Shown in pieces: positions 22,746 through 34,490 of a DNA stretch of 64,000 bases. The stretch covers positions 1,426,001-1,490,000 of the forward strand of contig CM075981.1 in NCBI GenBank assembly GCA_038087875.1. Direction: 5' to 3'. The position numbers and the translations under genes were made by a program. The number at the start of each line of letters is the position of its first letter. Position 1 is the first letter of the stretch. Below the pieces are notes generated by a model. The model did no database searches and had not been told where the DNA came from. It saw only the letters and a program-made list of their open reading frames with translations. Origin of the DNA: Malacoraja senta. Taxonomy: Eukaryota.

Positions 22746-25700
22746 TCATGCTTGTAATAGGTCCAAAAACGTAGACCACGTCTTTTGAAATTGGTCTACT
22801 TTGCCTACTAGGAGGAATCTCATCTCTTCCAGATGTAATGTTTCCAACATATTTGATGTCCACATTTTTATTGTTGGTGTGGGCGCATTTTTCCAGAATT
22901 TAAGTATAAGCTTTTTTCCCATTATTAGCCCATAATTGAGTAAATTCTTCTGATACACGTTTAATTCAGGAATACCTTCCGATATTCCAAAAATAATCCA
23001 TTCTGGTTTTGGTACCAGTTTTATTTTGATTAATTTTGAAAAAATATCAAATATTTCAAACCAGAATTTTTGGATTTTTGTACAAAAAACAAAAGAATGT
23101 GCTATGGTAGCTTCTTGACATATACATTTATCACAGATTGGTGAGACGTTAGGAAAGATTTTATTTAGTTTGGTTTTTGAATAATATAATCTATGTAATG
23201 TTTTAAATTGGATAAGCGTATGTCGTACGTTGATCGAGCATTTATGCACCTGTAATAAATGATTATCCCAACTCTCTTTTGAAATTTTTATACCTAGATC
23301 TTGTTCCCAATCTCTTCTAATTCCATCTGTTGTGGGTATTTCTATGTTTAAGATGATATTATATAAGTATGATATTAAATTAACTGATTCCGCCTTTGTC
23401 TTCATTGCTTCATCTAGTAAGTCGGAAGGCATATTATAATAATCTTTTGTGTGTGTTTTCAAATAGTCACAGATTTGTAGATATTTAAAATATTGATTAT
23501 TTTTCAAATTATATTTCAGTTGTAGTTGTTGGAATGATAGTAATTTTTCTAATTCATACAGATCTTCGAGCGTTTTGATTCCCATTCTTTCCCATTGTAT
23601 AAATGCTTTATCTATGATTGAAGGTTTAAACGATGGGTTATTGACTATTGGTATTAAGAGAGATAGGTTTCTTAATTTTAGATTCTGTTTTATTTGCTTC
23701 CATGTTCTAATAGTGCTATATATAATTGGATTTTTATTATAATTTTTATTATTCAAATTTATTGGAGAGAGAATAATCGCTCCTATATTATTCGGGGAGC
23801 AATCCCCTTTTTCCATTATAATCCAGTCCACCTGCTGGGCAGAATTGTCCAGCAGGTGAATCATATTTTTAATATTTACTGCCCAGTTATAATACATAAA
23901 GTTAGGGAGCGCTAGACCCCCCAACTCTTTTCGTTTGTTAAGGTGTGTTCTTTGTATTCTGTGGGATTTGTAATCCCATATAAAATTTGTAATGTCTGAG
24001 TCCAGTTTTTTGAAAAACTTTTTTGGGAGATATATAGGTATTGATTGAAATAGGTAAAGGATTTGTGGTAAGAAAATCATTTTTATAGCATTTATCCTAC
24101 CTATTAAGGACATCGGAAGTGTTTTCCAAAATTTAATCAAATTATTTAATTTCTTAAGTAGGGGATTATAATTAGCTTTAAACATATCATGGTAATTTCT
24201 AGTGATCTCAATTCCTAAATATTTGAATTTTTCCATAGCTATTTTAAAAGGGAATTTCCTGAGATGTGTTGAGTCTTTTGGTTTAATCGACATAATTTCA
24301 CTTTTGTTCCAATTTATTCTATATCCTGAAAAGGATCCAAAGTCCTCAATTAAGTTTAATATATTTGGTATACTAATTTGTGGTTTTGTGATGTACAGTA
24401 GTACATCATCAGCATATAGGGATAGTTTGTTGTTTGAATATTTTGTGTTATAACCGTGAATATTCGAGTGTGTTCTTATTTTTTCAGCAAGGGGTTCAAT
24501 TACCAAAGCAAATAACAGCGGTGATAGTGAACATCCTTGTCTGTTGCCCCTAGATAATTCGAATTTTGAAGATAATATATTATTAGTTAGTATTCTAGCC
24601 GTAGGTTTGTTATATAGTAGTTTTATCCATGCAATAAAGTTTTCTCCCAATTGGAATTTTTGCAATACTTTGATCATATAGTCCCATTCTACTTGATCAA
24701 ACGCTTTTTCTGCGTCCAGTGAGATGATAGCTAACTCTTGGTCATAAGATTTATGTGAATGCATTATGTTAAGCAAACGTCTCAAATTATTAAATGAGTG
24801 TCTCTTAGGTATAAATCCTGTTTGATCCTCATGTATTAGTCTACTAACATACTTGCTTAATCTATTGGCTAATGTTTTTGCTATTATTTTCTGATCCGTA
24901 TTTAACAAAGCAATAGCTCTATATGATCCTGGTTCTTCTATATTTTTATCTTTTTTAAGTATTAATATGATCGTTGATTCCGCTAGTGTTTCAGGTAGGT
25001 TTTGCTCTTTATAAGCATATGTATACATTTTTTGTAATCGTGGAGTAACTATATCATAAAAAGATTTATAAAATTCATTACTGAATCCGTCTGGTCCTGG
25101 TGTTTTTCCATTTTTTAGTGTTTTTATTGTGTCTTCTATCTCCTTAGAAGTAATTTGTGCTCCCAGTTCCTCTTGTTCCCTGCGTTCTAATTGTGGTAGA
25201 TTACAATTATCTAAAAATTCTGAGATTTTATTATTGTCTATTGACGTTTTAGATGTGTATAGATTCTGGTAAAATTGAGCAAATCTTTTATTAATATCCT
25301 TGGGTAGTGTTAATACTTCCCCTCTATCTGATTTAATCTTTAATATTGCATTCTCTTTTTCCCGTTTTTTAAGTTGTCGTGCTAGAAGTTTGTGGGGTTT
25401 GTCCCCGAATTCGAAGTGTTCTTGTTTTGTGATTTGAAATAATGTTATAACTTTCTCTGACAGTAATTTATTTAACTGAAATTTCAGTAGTAGTATTTTA
25501 TTATGTTTATCCATAGTTGGGTCTTTAGCATTATCTATATCTAACTGTTTTATTTGATCTTCTAAGTGTCTTTGTTCATTCTTATTCTTTTTATTTTGAT
25601 AAGCTTGAAATGAAATAATGACTCCTCTTATAAATGCTTTGAAGGATTCCCATAATAACGTGGGGGATATCTCTGGTGTATCATTTAACTCAAAAAATAG

Positions 25701-26537
25701 ATCCATCTGTTTTTTTAGATAGATACTCCCTTGAGGGTCTTTTAAAATGTGTGAGTTAAACCTCCAGAACGGTTTATTCATAGACATTCCTTCTAGTTTT
25801 AGAACAAAAGTTAACGGAGAATGATCTGAGATCGCATTAATATGATATTTAGGATTCAAAGATTGCGGAATTAATTTTGTATCCACAAGAAAATAGTCTA
25901 TCCGTGAATATGTTTTATGCACCATTGAATAAAACGAGTAATCCCTTCCCGTCGGGTTTGCAATCCTCCATACATCTGTTATATTTGTGTTTTCCATATA
26001 TGTGTGCAATAGTTCACTGGTTTTAGATTTCGTCTGACCTTTTTGTTTTTGCATCGATTTATCTAAATAAGGATCTAAAACACAATTAAAATCTCCTCCG
26101 ATTATAACATTTTGATAATTAGATTCTGCAATTATATTCAGAATTTTATTAAAAAATTGAGGGTTATCAAAGTTGGGCGCATATATGTTTACCAGCGTAA
26201 TTGGCATATTATTGATCTCCCCTGCTACTATAAGATATCTCCCTTCCTTATCTAAAATAGTGTTCTTTGATTTAAATGGAATTCCTTTACGAATAATAAT
26301 TGCAGTACCTCTAGATTTGGAGGTAAATGAAGAGTGAAATGTTTGGCCTATCCAGTTCGCCCTCAGTCTTGTCTGATCTTGCTGTTTAAGATGTGTTTCC
26401 TGTAGAAACGCAATGTCCGTGTTGTATGATTTCAACTGAGCTAGTATCTTGCCCCTTTTAATAGGTTCATTAATCCCCCTTATATTCCAACTACATAATG
26501 TGATTCCTCCTATTTTCTTTTGATTGTCGTCATGCAT
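22746..26537 (-). CDS. L1 ORF2p (APE endonuclease, RT, CCHC), 1263 aa
   Basis: SWNIRG, FLQETH, GGDFN, SDH; GNRQGCSLSP, YADD; CDKC..H..C; uninterrupted. Confidence 0.97.
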   Translation of the reverse strand: MHDDNQKKIGGITLCSWNIRGINEPIKRGKILAQLKSYNTDIAFLQETHLKQQDQTRLRANWIGQTFHSSFTSKSRGTAIIIRKGIPFKSKNTILDKEGRYLIVAGEINNMPITLVNIYAPNFDNPQFFNKILNIIAESNYQNVIIGGDFNCVLDPYLDKSMQKQKGQTKSKTSELLHTYMENTNITDVWRIANPTGRDYSFYSMVHKTYSRIDYFLVDTKLIPQSLNPKYHINAISDHSPLTFVLKLEGMSMNKPFWRFNSHILKDPQGSIYLKKQMDLFFELNDTPEISPTLLWESFKAFIRGVIISFQAYQNKKNKNEQRHLEDQIKQLDIDNAKDPTMDKHNKILLLKFQLNKLLSEKVITLFQITKQEHFEFGDKPHKLLARQLKKREKENAILKIKSDRGEVLTLPKDINKRFAQFYQNLYTSKTSIDNNKISEFLDNCNLPQLERREQEELGAQITSKEIEDTIKTLKNGKTPGPDGFSNEFYKSFYDIVTPRLQKMYTYAYKEQNLPETLAESTIILILKKDKNIEEPGSYRAIALLNTDQKIIAKTLANRLSKYVSRLIHEDQTGFIPKRHSFNNLRRLLNIMHSHKSYDQELAIISLDAEKAFDQVEWDYMIKVLQKFQLGENFIAWIKLLYNKPTARILTNNILSSKFELSRGNRQGCSLSPLLFALVIEPLAEKIRTHSNIHGYNTKYSNNKLSLYADDVLLYITKPQISIPNILNLIEDFGSFSGYRINWNKSEIMSIKPKDSTHLRKFPFKIAMEKFKYLGIEITRNYHDMFKANYNPLLKKLNNLIKFWKTLPMSLIGRINAIKMIFLPQILYLFQSIPIYLPKKFFKKLDSDITNFIWDYKSHRIQRTHLNKRKELGGLALPNFMYYNWAVNIKNMIHLLDNSAQQVDWIIMEKGDCSPNNIGAIILSPINLNNKNYNKNPIIYSTIRTWKQIKQNLKLRNLSLLIPIVNNPSFKPSIIDKAFIQWERMGIKTLEDLYELEKLLSFQQLQLKYNLKNNQYFKYLQICDYLKTHTKDYYNMPSDLLDEAMKTKAESVNLISYLYNIILNIEIPTTDGIRRDWEQDLGIKISKESWDNHLLQVHKCSINVRHTLIQFKTLHRLYYSKTKLNKIFPNVSPICDKCICQEATIAHSFVFCTKIQKFWFEIFDIFSKLIKIKLVPKPEWIIFGISEGIPELNVYQKNLLNYGLIMGKKLILKFWKNAPTPTIKMWTSNMLETLHLEEMRFLLVGKVDQFQKTWSTFLDLLQA

Positions 26538-27756
26538 TTTTACCAGTTTTAATGACCTTAATTATTGTGGTGCGTTCATACCTCCGGACTCTGGTTATTT
26601 TGGGAGTATTTCTATTATAGACTTCCTTGGTAGTTCTCCTGCGCGATTGTCCTTGAAGAAAAAACACACAGATGTGACATATTGTGATTAAAAAAAAAGT
26701 ATATAAATCAAATAAATTTACGGTGTCTAAAATTTCAACACCGTAGTGAGTGGCCCACTCGTCTGTGGGGTACGACATCCATAACGCTTCCGGCGTAGTT
26801 GGTATAAAGTTAGCCCCGCTGTATTTATTACCCAAAATCTATGGGGTCATTACCGTTTCCAATTCAGTTCTATTTCACCCAGTTACAATTTATATATATG
26901 TCAAATGTATTCGATTCCATATCCTACTCACTCTTTATCTCTTAACTATTTTAAAATGAATTTAGTATTGTTAAAGTGAGCGGTTTACTGAGTGGATTAA
27001 CCGGAGTCAGGTTCCTGGAATTGTGCCAAGTGCCTGATCTCCTCTCCTCTCCACGAGCTGCGAACATATGTGATAACTGCTGTCTGCGTTATGACGCAGG
27101 CACCACAGTTTTATCAGTTTCAAATATTATTTCTATATTAGTATTGTTAATTATTAATTATGATTAATTCTCAGCATTTTGTAAAACTATATAAGCCGTA
27201 TATATTTTTCATACCAACCTCGAGTGTATATTATCTCTTAACTATTTTAAATTGGTTTTAATATTGTTAAAAATGAGCTGTTCGCTGGAAGGGTTAACGG
27301 GAGTCTGGCTCCTGGAGTTATGCCAGGTACCCGGTCTCCCCCTCCCTCCACTCTCGAGCTGCATAGCACTTGCTGTTATCTGCTAAACAGAGCAGGCTGC
27401 ACATTTTTTATCTATTACAATTGCTATTTCTATATTAGTATTGTTAATTATTAATTATTATTAGTTCTCAGTTTTTTCAGTTTTTTATAAACAATATAAG
27501 CCATGTGATGTTTTTCACTCTCAGCCCAGCAGTTCGTCCCGTGTTATCAGGTTTTCCTCGTTTGAGCACGTAGTGTCCTTGAATTACATAGCACAATGTT
27601 CCAGCGAAGATAATAATGTCTAGCCACGTCTCACTAAGAATCTGTTGCTTGAAGTCAAATAAAAAAATAAAAAATCAGTGTTCAGTTAATTCACTTTCCT
27701 TGTGATACTCATGTTGGGAGAATAAGCAAGTTCGTTTGTTCATGTCGTCTTGGTTT

Positions 27757-28752
27757 TCAATCTCCAGTTGATGCAGCCTTAGTCGCGATTTCTTGAGCGT
27801 ATTTGAGAGATTCATCCGAATTAGTGAATGTTTTTGACACTCCCTCAAAGGTAATACGCATTCTAGCCGGATAGAACACTCCACACAAAACTCCCTTAAC
27901 ACCATAAAGAACTTCTCTGGTCTGTGAGAACTTTCTTCTCTTTTGCTCAATCTCATAAGGGTAGTCCCGTAGGAGTTTAATAGTATCACCTCTGTACATC
28001 ATCTTCTCTCCGTGGTTGATTTTTTTCATCAGCGCTTCCATTGTTGAGATATCCCGAAGTTTAATTATGATCTGTCGTGGGTAGGCACGTTCTCCTTGAG
28101 ATCTTGATTTAAATCTAGGGAGTCGATGTGCTACTTCAATTACAGGTACTTCTGGTAGCTTCAGTACGTGTTTAATTAGGTTGGCAGCGAACTCACAAAC
28201 ATTGTCCCCCTCAGCTCCCTCTTTTACACCACGTATTCTTATATTTTGACGTCTTGAGCGAGCTTCTAGGTCAACACATTTATTCGAAACCTTTGTGACT
28301 TGGTTCTTGAGACTATCTATTTCTGACTTCATAGTCTGCATCTCTCCAGCCATCACTTCCACAGCAGCTTCCAAATCTTTCACTGCAGATGCATTTGCAG
28401 CCACAGTTTCGTGCACAGCCTCAAACCTCTTTATGGTCTCTTCTGCCACCTTTTCAATTTTTATCGATAATCCTTTTTCCACACCTTCAATTCTTTTTTG
28501 GAGAGCCTCAATACCCTCAAGTATTTTATCATTACCGGCCATCAATTTACTGTTCCCAGCTTCCATATCATTTTTGATATCTCTTACCGAGTTTCTTAAG
28601 TCCTCCATTTCGGCTTTCTCTTTTGCAGATCGAGTAGCCATTCCAGAGACCTCTCCAGAGGTCAGTTCTGAAGTTTCTTGCTGTTCCAGAGTCTTCAGCA
28701 GATGTTTTGAGATTTTCCTCTGTGGGCTCTGACCTGGAGATGTACTTTTCAT
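27757..28752 (-). CDS. L1 ORF1p (coiled coil and RRM/CTD), 331 aa
   Basis: Heptad-rich region, LEARSRRQNIRIRGVKEG, AHRL, YPARMRI. Confidence 0.93.
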   Translation of the reverse strand: MKSTSPGQSPQRKISKHLLKTLEQQETSELTSGEVSGMATRSAKEKAEMEDLRNSVRDIKNDMEAGNSKLMAGNDKILEGIEALQKRIEGVEKGLSIKIEKVAEETIKRFEAVHETVAANASAVKDLEAAVEVMAGEMQTMKSEIDSLKNQVTKVSNKCVDLEARSRRQNIRIRGVKEGAEGDNVCEFAANLIKHVLKLPEVPVIEVAHRLPRFKSRSQGERAYPRQIIIKLRDISTMEALMKKINHGEKMMYRGDTIKLLRDYPYEIEQKRRKFSQTREVLYGVKGVLCGVFYPARMRITFEGVSKTFTNSDESLKYAQEIATKAASTGD

Positions 28753-30559
28753 TTAAAATGACTTTCCCTCCGTTAAAATCGCGGCGCTTACTGATGACGT
28801 CATCAGCACCGCGACATGAACCTCCGGTAAGTTTTTAAAAACGGTCCCGACCTCCAGACCCGATTTTAACGCGAAAAAACGCGATTTTTTCAGCGGAGCT
28901 AAAAAATTTGCGACTGCTAGCAAAGCATGTCGCCACCGGAAGTCTGTCGCCACCGGAAGTCACCCTTGATTCCACTAGACCCTGGAGCTCTATCTGACTC
29001 TCTCTTAAATCCATCCAGTGATTTGGCCTCCACTGTCCTCTCTGGCAGGGAATGCCACAAATTCACAACTCTCTGGGTGAAAACGTTTTTTCTCACCTCA
29101 GTCTTAAATGGCCTCCCTTTATTCTAAGACTGTGGCCCCTGGTCTGGACTCGCCCAACATTGGGAACATTTTTCCTGCATCTAGCTTGTCCAGTCCTTTT
29201 ATAATGTTATGTGTTTCTATAAGATCCCCCCTCATCCTTCTAAACTCCAGTGAATACAAGCCTAGTCTTTTCAATTTTTCCTCATAAGACAGTCCCGCCA
29301 TCCCAGGGATCAATCTCGTGAACCTATGCTGCACTGCCTCAATCACAAGGATGTCCTTCCACAAATTAGGAGACCAAAACTGTACGCAGTACTCCAGCTG
29401 TGGTCTTTCCAGAGCCCTATACAACTGCAGAAGAACCTCTGTACTCCTATACTGAAATTATCTTGTTATGAAGGCCAACATTACATTAGCTTTCTTCACT
29501 GCCTGCCTTACCTGCAAGCCAACTTTCAGTGACCGGTGTACAAGGACACCCAGGTCTCGCTGCGCCTCCCCCTTACCTAACCTAACCCCGTTGTGATAAT
29601 AATCTACCCCTTGTTTTTGCCACCAAAGTGGATAACCTCACATTTATCTATATTATACTGCCACGCATCTGCCCACTCACTCAACCTGTCCTGGTCACCC
29701 TGCAACCTCCTAACATCCTCTTCACAGTTCACACTGCCATCCAGCTTTGTGTCATCCGCAAACTTGCTAGTGTTGCTCCTAATTCCCTCTTCCAAATCAT
29801 TAATATATATGGTAAACAGTTGCGGCCCAACACCGAGCCTTGCGGCACTCCATTCGCAACTGCCTGACATTCTGAAAAGGACCCGTTCACTCCTACTCTT
29901 TACTTCCTGTCTGCCAACCAATCTTCTATCCACGTCAACACCCTACCCCCAATACCATGCGCTCTAATTGTAGTCACCAGTATCCCGGGCGGGTCCTTAT
30001 CAAAGGCTTTCTGAAAGTCTATATACACTACATCCACTGGCTCCCCTTCATCCATTTTACTTGTCACATCCTCAAAAAAATCTAGAAGATTAGTCAAGCA
30101 TGGTTTTCCTTTCATAACTCCATGCTGACTTGGACTAATCCTTTTACTGCTATCCAAATGCCCCATTATTACCTCTTTAATAATTGACACCAGCATCTTT
30201 CCCACCACCGAAGTCAGGCTAACTGGTCTGTAATTCCCAGCTTTCTCTCTCGCTCCTTTTTTGAAAAGTGGAATTTAACTTCTCTTTCACTTCACTTTTC
30301 ACTTCAAGTGGAATGCTCAGCACATTTCCCTTCCTCTGAACTGTATGAAATGTCACCCTGTCAGAAGTTTGCATTCCGACTCAAAATAATAATCCGACAG
30401 ATCAGTGAGAAACAAGTGTTGCTCGCGGTCTGAATACCCCGAGAGTTTTTTAAAAATCAGTCCCCAGAGCTCAATAGACTGCGATCAGTCCTCCCGGGGT
30501 AGGCCATCCCGCTTCCCGCCCCCACCTCAGGGATCAGTCATTCCCTCCCAAACCCCGCG

Positions 30560-31560
30560 CTCTCTCTCTCTCTCCCTCTGCCCCGTCAATGCGCCCCCAT
30601 CCCCAGCAGCCACTGTCCACCCACCGCCCGGCAGTCAGCCAACCTCTCCACCCGGACATTTCCCCGGTGTTAAGCAGAATAAACTCATCTTTCACCCCAT
30701 CAGCCGTCGCACACAACACATAATCCTCCAACATTTTCGCCACCTCCAACGGGATCCCACTACTAGACACATCTTTCCATCTCCACCGCTTTCTGCTTTC
30801 CGAAGAGACCGTTCCTTTCGTAACTCCCTGGTCAACGTCCATCCCCCCCCCCCCCGAAACAAAAAACATCCTCTCCCCAATTACCTTCCACGACAACTGC
30901 AGGAGATGGATCACCTGTCTCGATACCTCCTTCCTCTACTCCGTCCAAGGTCTCCAACAATCTTTTCGGGTGAGGATTGACTAGCATCTCCTCCAAGCTC
31001 ACCTACTACATCCGCTGTTCCAGGTGTGAACTACTATATATCGGCTAGACCAAGCGCAGACTCGTCGATCGTTTCGCTGAATAACTCCGCTCAGTCTGCT
31101 TCGGCCGACGCTACTTCCCGATTGCTAAACACTTTAATTCCCCCTCCCATCCCCAAACTCAACTTTCTGTCCTGGACCTCCTCCACTATCCAACGTAAAT
31201 AGGAGGAAAAGCACCTGGGCAACTTACAACCCATCGGTTTGAATATTGACTTCTCTAACTTCAAGGAACCCTTGCTTTACTCCTGTCCCCATCCCGCCAC
31301 CATCCTAGCTCTCCAATTAGTTGCACAGTCAAACTGATTTTCTTTTAATTATTGTATGCCTCGTTGTCACCTTCCCTTCAGCTCACAATGATCCATTGTC
31401 CATTTTCTTTTCACCTTTGATCACTTGTTTTCACACCTTACCTTTCCATTTATCTTCTGTCTCCCTGTCCCATGATTCTCAGGCTGAAGATGGGTCTCGA
31501 CACGAAACGTCACACATTCCTTCTTTCGAGAGATGCTGCCTGCTCCGTTGCGTTACTCCA
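30560..31560 (+). mobile_element. Penelope-like element remnant (paralog about 57480-58460)
   Basis: FHPISRRTQHIILQHFRHLQRDPTTRHIFPSPPLSAFRRDRS and YIGxTKRRLxDRFAE motifs. Confidence 0.75.
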
Positions 31561-32699
31561 GAATTTTGTGTCTATCTTAAAGGGATCGTAATTCGTTTTC
31601 CACAGCAGAGATGGTTAAGTGTGTGTAGACATGTAATGGGGGAAATGGAACTCGGTGCATTGTGGTGATGGATCTGAAATCACACTTGAATATCTACACA
31701 ATGTTCGTAGTTTAACCACTGTTGACACATGGTCGAAATACATCCTGACGATAAATGAAAGGCTTAAAATAGCGAAGAAATTTGAAGCAGATACTGCAAG
31801 ACACCTGGACCGAAGGCGAGAGGTTCCAACGTCAGCTGTAAGTTAATTCTACACTTTTAAAATGTGTTTACCAAGGAGGTGGAAGTCAGGATTGTGGACT
31901 CATTGTGTCAGTTCAAACATTCCCAGCATTTGTCCGGCTCAACTGTGTCGCAAACCCAACAATTCCCCGGAGTCTGAGACTGAACCACTGTCCTCGCTCT
32001 ATCCACCCACCCCCAACTCTCTCTCCATCCTCTCTCGGATCCGTGGCCCAGTCGTGCTGAATTGTCCAGGGCGAGCCGGGGTCATTGGGAATAAAACCTG
32101 TCCCAGATGAGCAGCGGGACATTGGGCTCACAATTCAGTTTAGTTTATTGTCACGAGTACCGACGTACAGTGAATCTGGCGGTGTGCGTTTTCACGCTAG
32201 TAACGCTCTCCAGTAAGGACCCGCTTTATTGTAACCCGTCCGTACTCAGTCAGGGGGTTGTAAAGGCAGTGGTTGCGGTGAATTTCTAAACACGGGTCCG
32301 GCCCAGTGTCGGTTGAGAGATGAATGTTGGCAGCGCCGAAACTGAAATAGCAAAATGGGGTCTTTCTGAAGGGAATAGGCCGGGTATCGCCTGGGATTGT
32401 TGATAGGCAGCTCCTGCAACACTGCCGCGCTCCCTCAGTGCCGCACTGCAATCCCAGCCCAGTTTCTGCTGAGGGATCTGGAGTGAGAAGTGAACCCAAA
32501 TTGTACTGACCGGGGGGTAGAACACTGACTCAACTGATACAATAACAGCACTGCCGCACTTCATACCGGATACATTGGTCGTGAAGCAATATGACACATC
32601 ATGGAACGATTATGTTTTTCATGTAATCTTCAAAATGTATCTATTACCATTAAACAGTTCATTTGCTCTCCATCTGAAAGTTTTTCCCCTCCATTTCAG

Positions 32700-33014
32700 C
32701 TGCAGTATGGGGAGAGAGGAATGTAACAGGTGTTGTGGGAAGAGCGATCACAATCGATTGTCACTATGCAGCAGATTACCGCTCAAACACAAAATACTGG
32801 TGCCGTGGGTGGAGTCGCCAATGTACAGATATGGTGGAAACAAATGGGCAACACGGACGGAGTGGAAGAGTGTCAATCACAGATATATCGGCACTAAGAA
32901 TATTTACTGTGACTGTGGAAGATCTTCACTCTGGAGATACAGGATGGTACAGGTGTGGAACCACAGCATCCACCGAACATCCATTGTTTCCCGTACATCT
33001 CCAAGTATCTGACG
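32700..33014 (+). CDS. Gene 2 exon V3
   Basis: ttcag| acceptor and |gtacgt donor; 315 nt open; canonical Cys and Trp. Confidence 0.93.
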
Positions 33015-33399
33015 GTACGTTTCGCAGCGATTGCCTTAATGTCTCCACTGAAAAGCCTGATCCATGTTTTCTCCGGGAAGGGTCAGGGCAGCACCGATAT
33101 CTCGAGGCTCCGCAGCAGTGCAGAGGCCTGCGGGGAGCGGGCGAGGGTCTGGAAACCCCACTCATGTTTGCTCTCACCCAGTGCGGGCTCTGTCCCATTG
33201 AGCGGCCACCCACTTCAAGACACTCAACACATTTCCCTGCCTCTGAATTGTATGAAATATCACCCTGTCAGAGGTTTGCATTCCGACTCAAACTAATAAT
33301 CCGACAGATCAGTGAGAAACAAGTGTTGCTCGCCGTCTGAATACCCGCAGATTCATAAACAGGGAATCAGTCCCCAGAGCTCCACAGACTGCGTTCAGT

Positions 33400-34490
33400 C
33401 CTCCCGGGGCAGCCAGCCCGCTTCCCGCCCCCACCTCAGGAATCAGTCACCCCGTCCGCACCCCGCGCACGCTCTCTCTCTCCCTCTGCCCAGTCAATGC
33501 GCCCCCACTACCAGCAGCCATTGTCCACCCACCGCCCGGCAGCCAGCCAGCTTCTCCTCCCGGACATTTCCCCGTTCGTAAGCAGAATAAACTCATCTTT
33601 CGCCCCATCAGCCGTCGCACACAGCATATATTCCTCCGACATTTGCGCCACCTACAACGGGATGCCACAACTAGTCACATCTTTCCATCTCCATCGCTTT
33701 TTGCGTTCCCTCCGCAACTCCCTGGTCAACTCGTCCCCCCCCCCTTCCCCCCGTCCCCAGGTACCTTCCCCTACAACTGCAGGAGATGCAACACCAGTCA
33801 CTATATATCCCCCCCTTTACTCCGTCCATGGGCCTCAACAGTTTTTTCGGGTGAGGCAGAGGTTCACTTGCATCTCCTCTAACCTCATCTACTCTATCCG
33901 CTGTTCCAGATGTGAACAAGCGGATATAGTAGATGGGAGACCAAGCGCAGACTCGGCGATCGTTACGCTGAACAACTCCGCTCAGTCTGCCTCGGCCTAC
34001 GCTACATCCCGATTGCTAAACACTTTTATTCCCCCTCCCATTCCCAAACTGATCTTTCCGTCCTGGACCTCCTCCAGTGTCAGAGTGAGGCCGAAGGCAA
34101 ATTGGAAAAACAGCGCCTCATATTTCGCTTGGGCAGCTTACAACCCAGCGGTTTGAATATTGACATCTCGAACTTCAAGTAACCCTTGCTTTACTCCTTT
34201 CCATCCCGCCCCCATCCGAAACCTCCAATTAGATTCACCTTATAATATTTTACTGATTGTATGCCTCGTTGTCACCTTCCCTTCAGCTGACAATGATTCA
34301 TTCTACATTTCCCTTTAACATTGTCACCTTTGATCACTTGTTTTAACATCTTACCCTTCCATTTCTCTTCTGTCACGCAGAACATGACTGTCAGGCTGGA
34401 GAAGGGTCTCGATCCGAAACTTCACGCACTCCTTCTCTCGAGAGATGCAGCCTGCTCCGCTGAGTTCCCCCAGCATTTTGTGTCTCTCTT
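33400..34490 (+). mobile_element. Penelope-like element remnant (paralog about 60300-61030, with internal deletion)
   Basis: VRQRFTCISSNLIYSIRCSRC GIY-YIG region; CRRCNT zinc knuckle. Confidence 0.75.

Larger units (their letters stand above)
22343..28961 (-). mobile_element. Full-length L1 LINE (about 6.6 kb), two open ORFs
   Basis: 12-bp TSD acccttgattcc (22331-22342 and 28962-28973); poly(A) tail at 22343; ORF1, 1.2-kb spacer, ORF2. Confidence 0.97.
22205..30272 (-). mobile_element. CR1 3' half, split by the full-length L1 into 22205-22342 and 28962-30272 (uninterrupted paralog about 55729-57170)
   Basis: Reverse (atagaaac)n tail; RT peptides in ORFs 29119, 29604 and 29900. Confidence 0.9.

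Noticed and set aside
27675-28732. Extra L1 ORFs (27675..27989 minus strand; 28295..28732 plus strand)
   Set aside because: Alternative-frame or antisense shadows of ORF1 with no recognisable motifs.
31560-31620. Second leader exon before V3 (separate gene start)
   Set aside because: Homology to intron 1 begins downstream of the leader donor; no ATG-leader copy is present.
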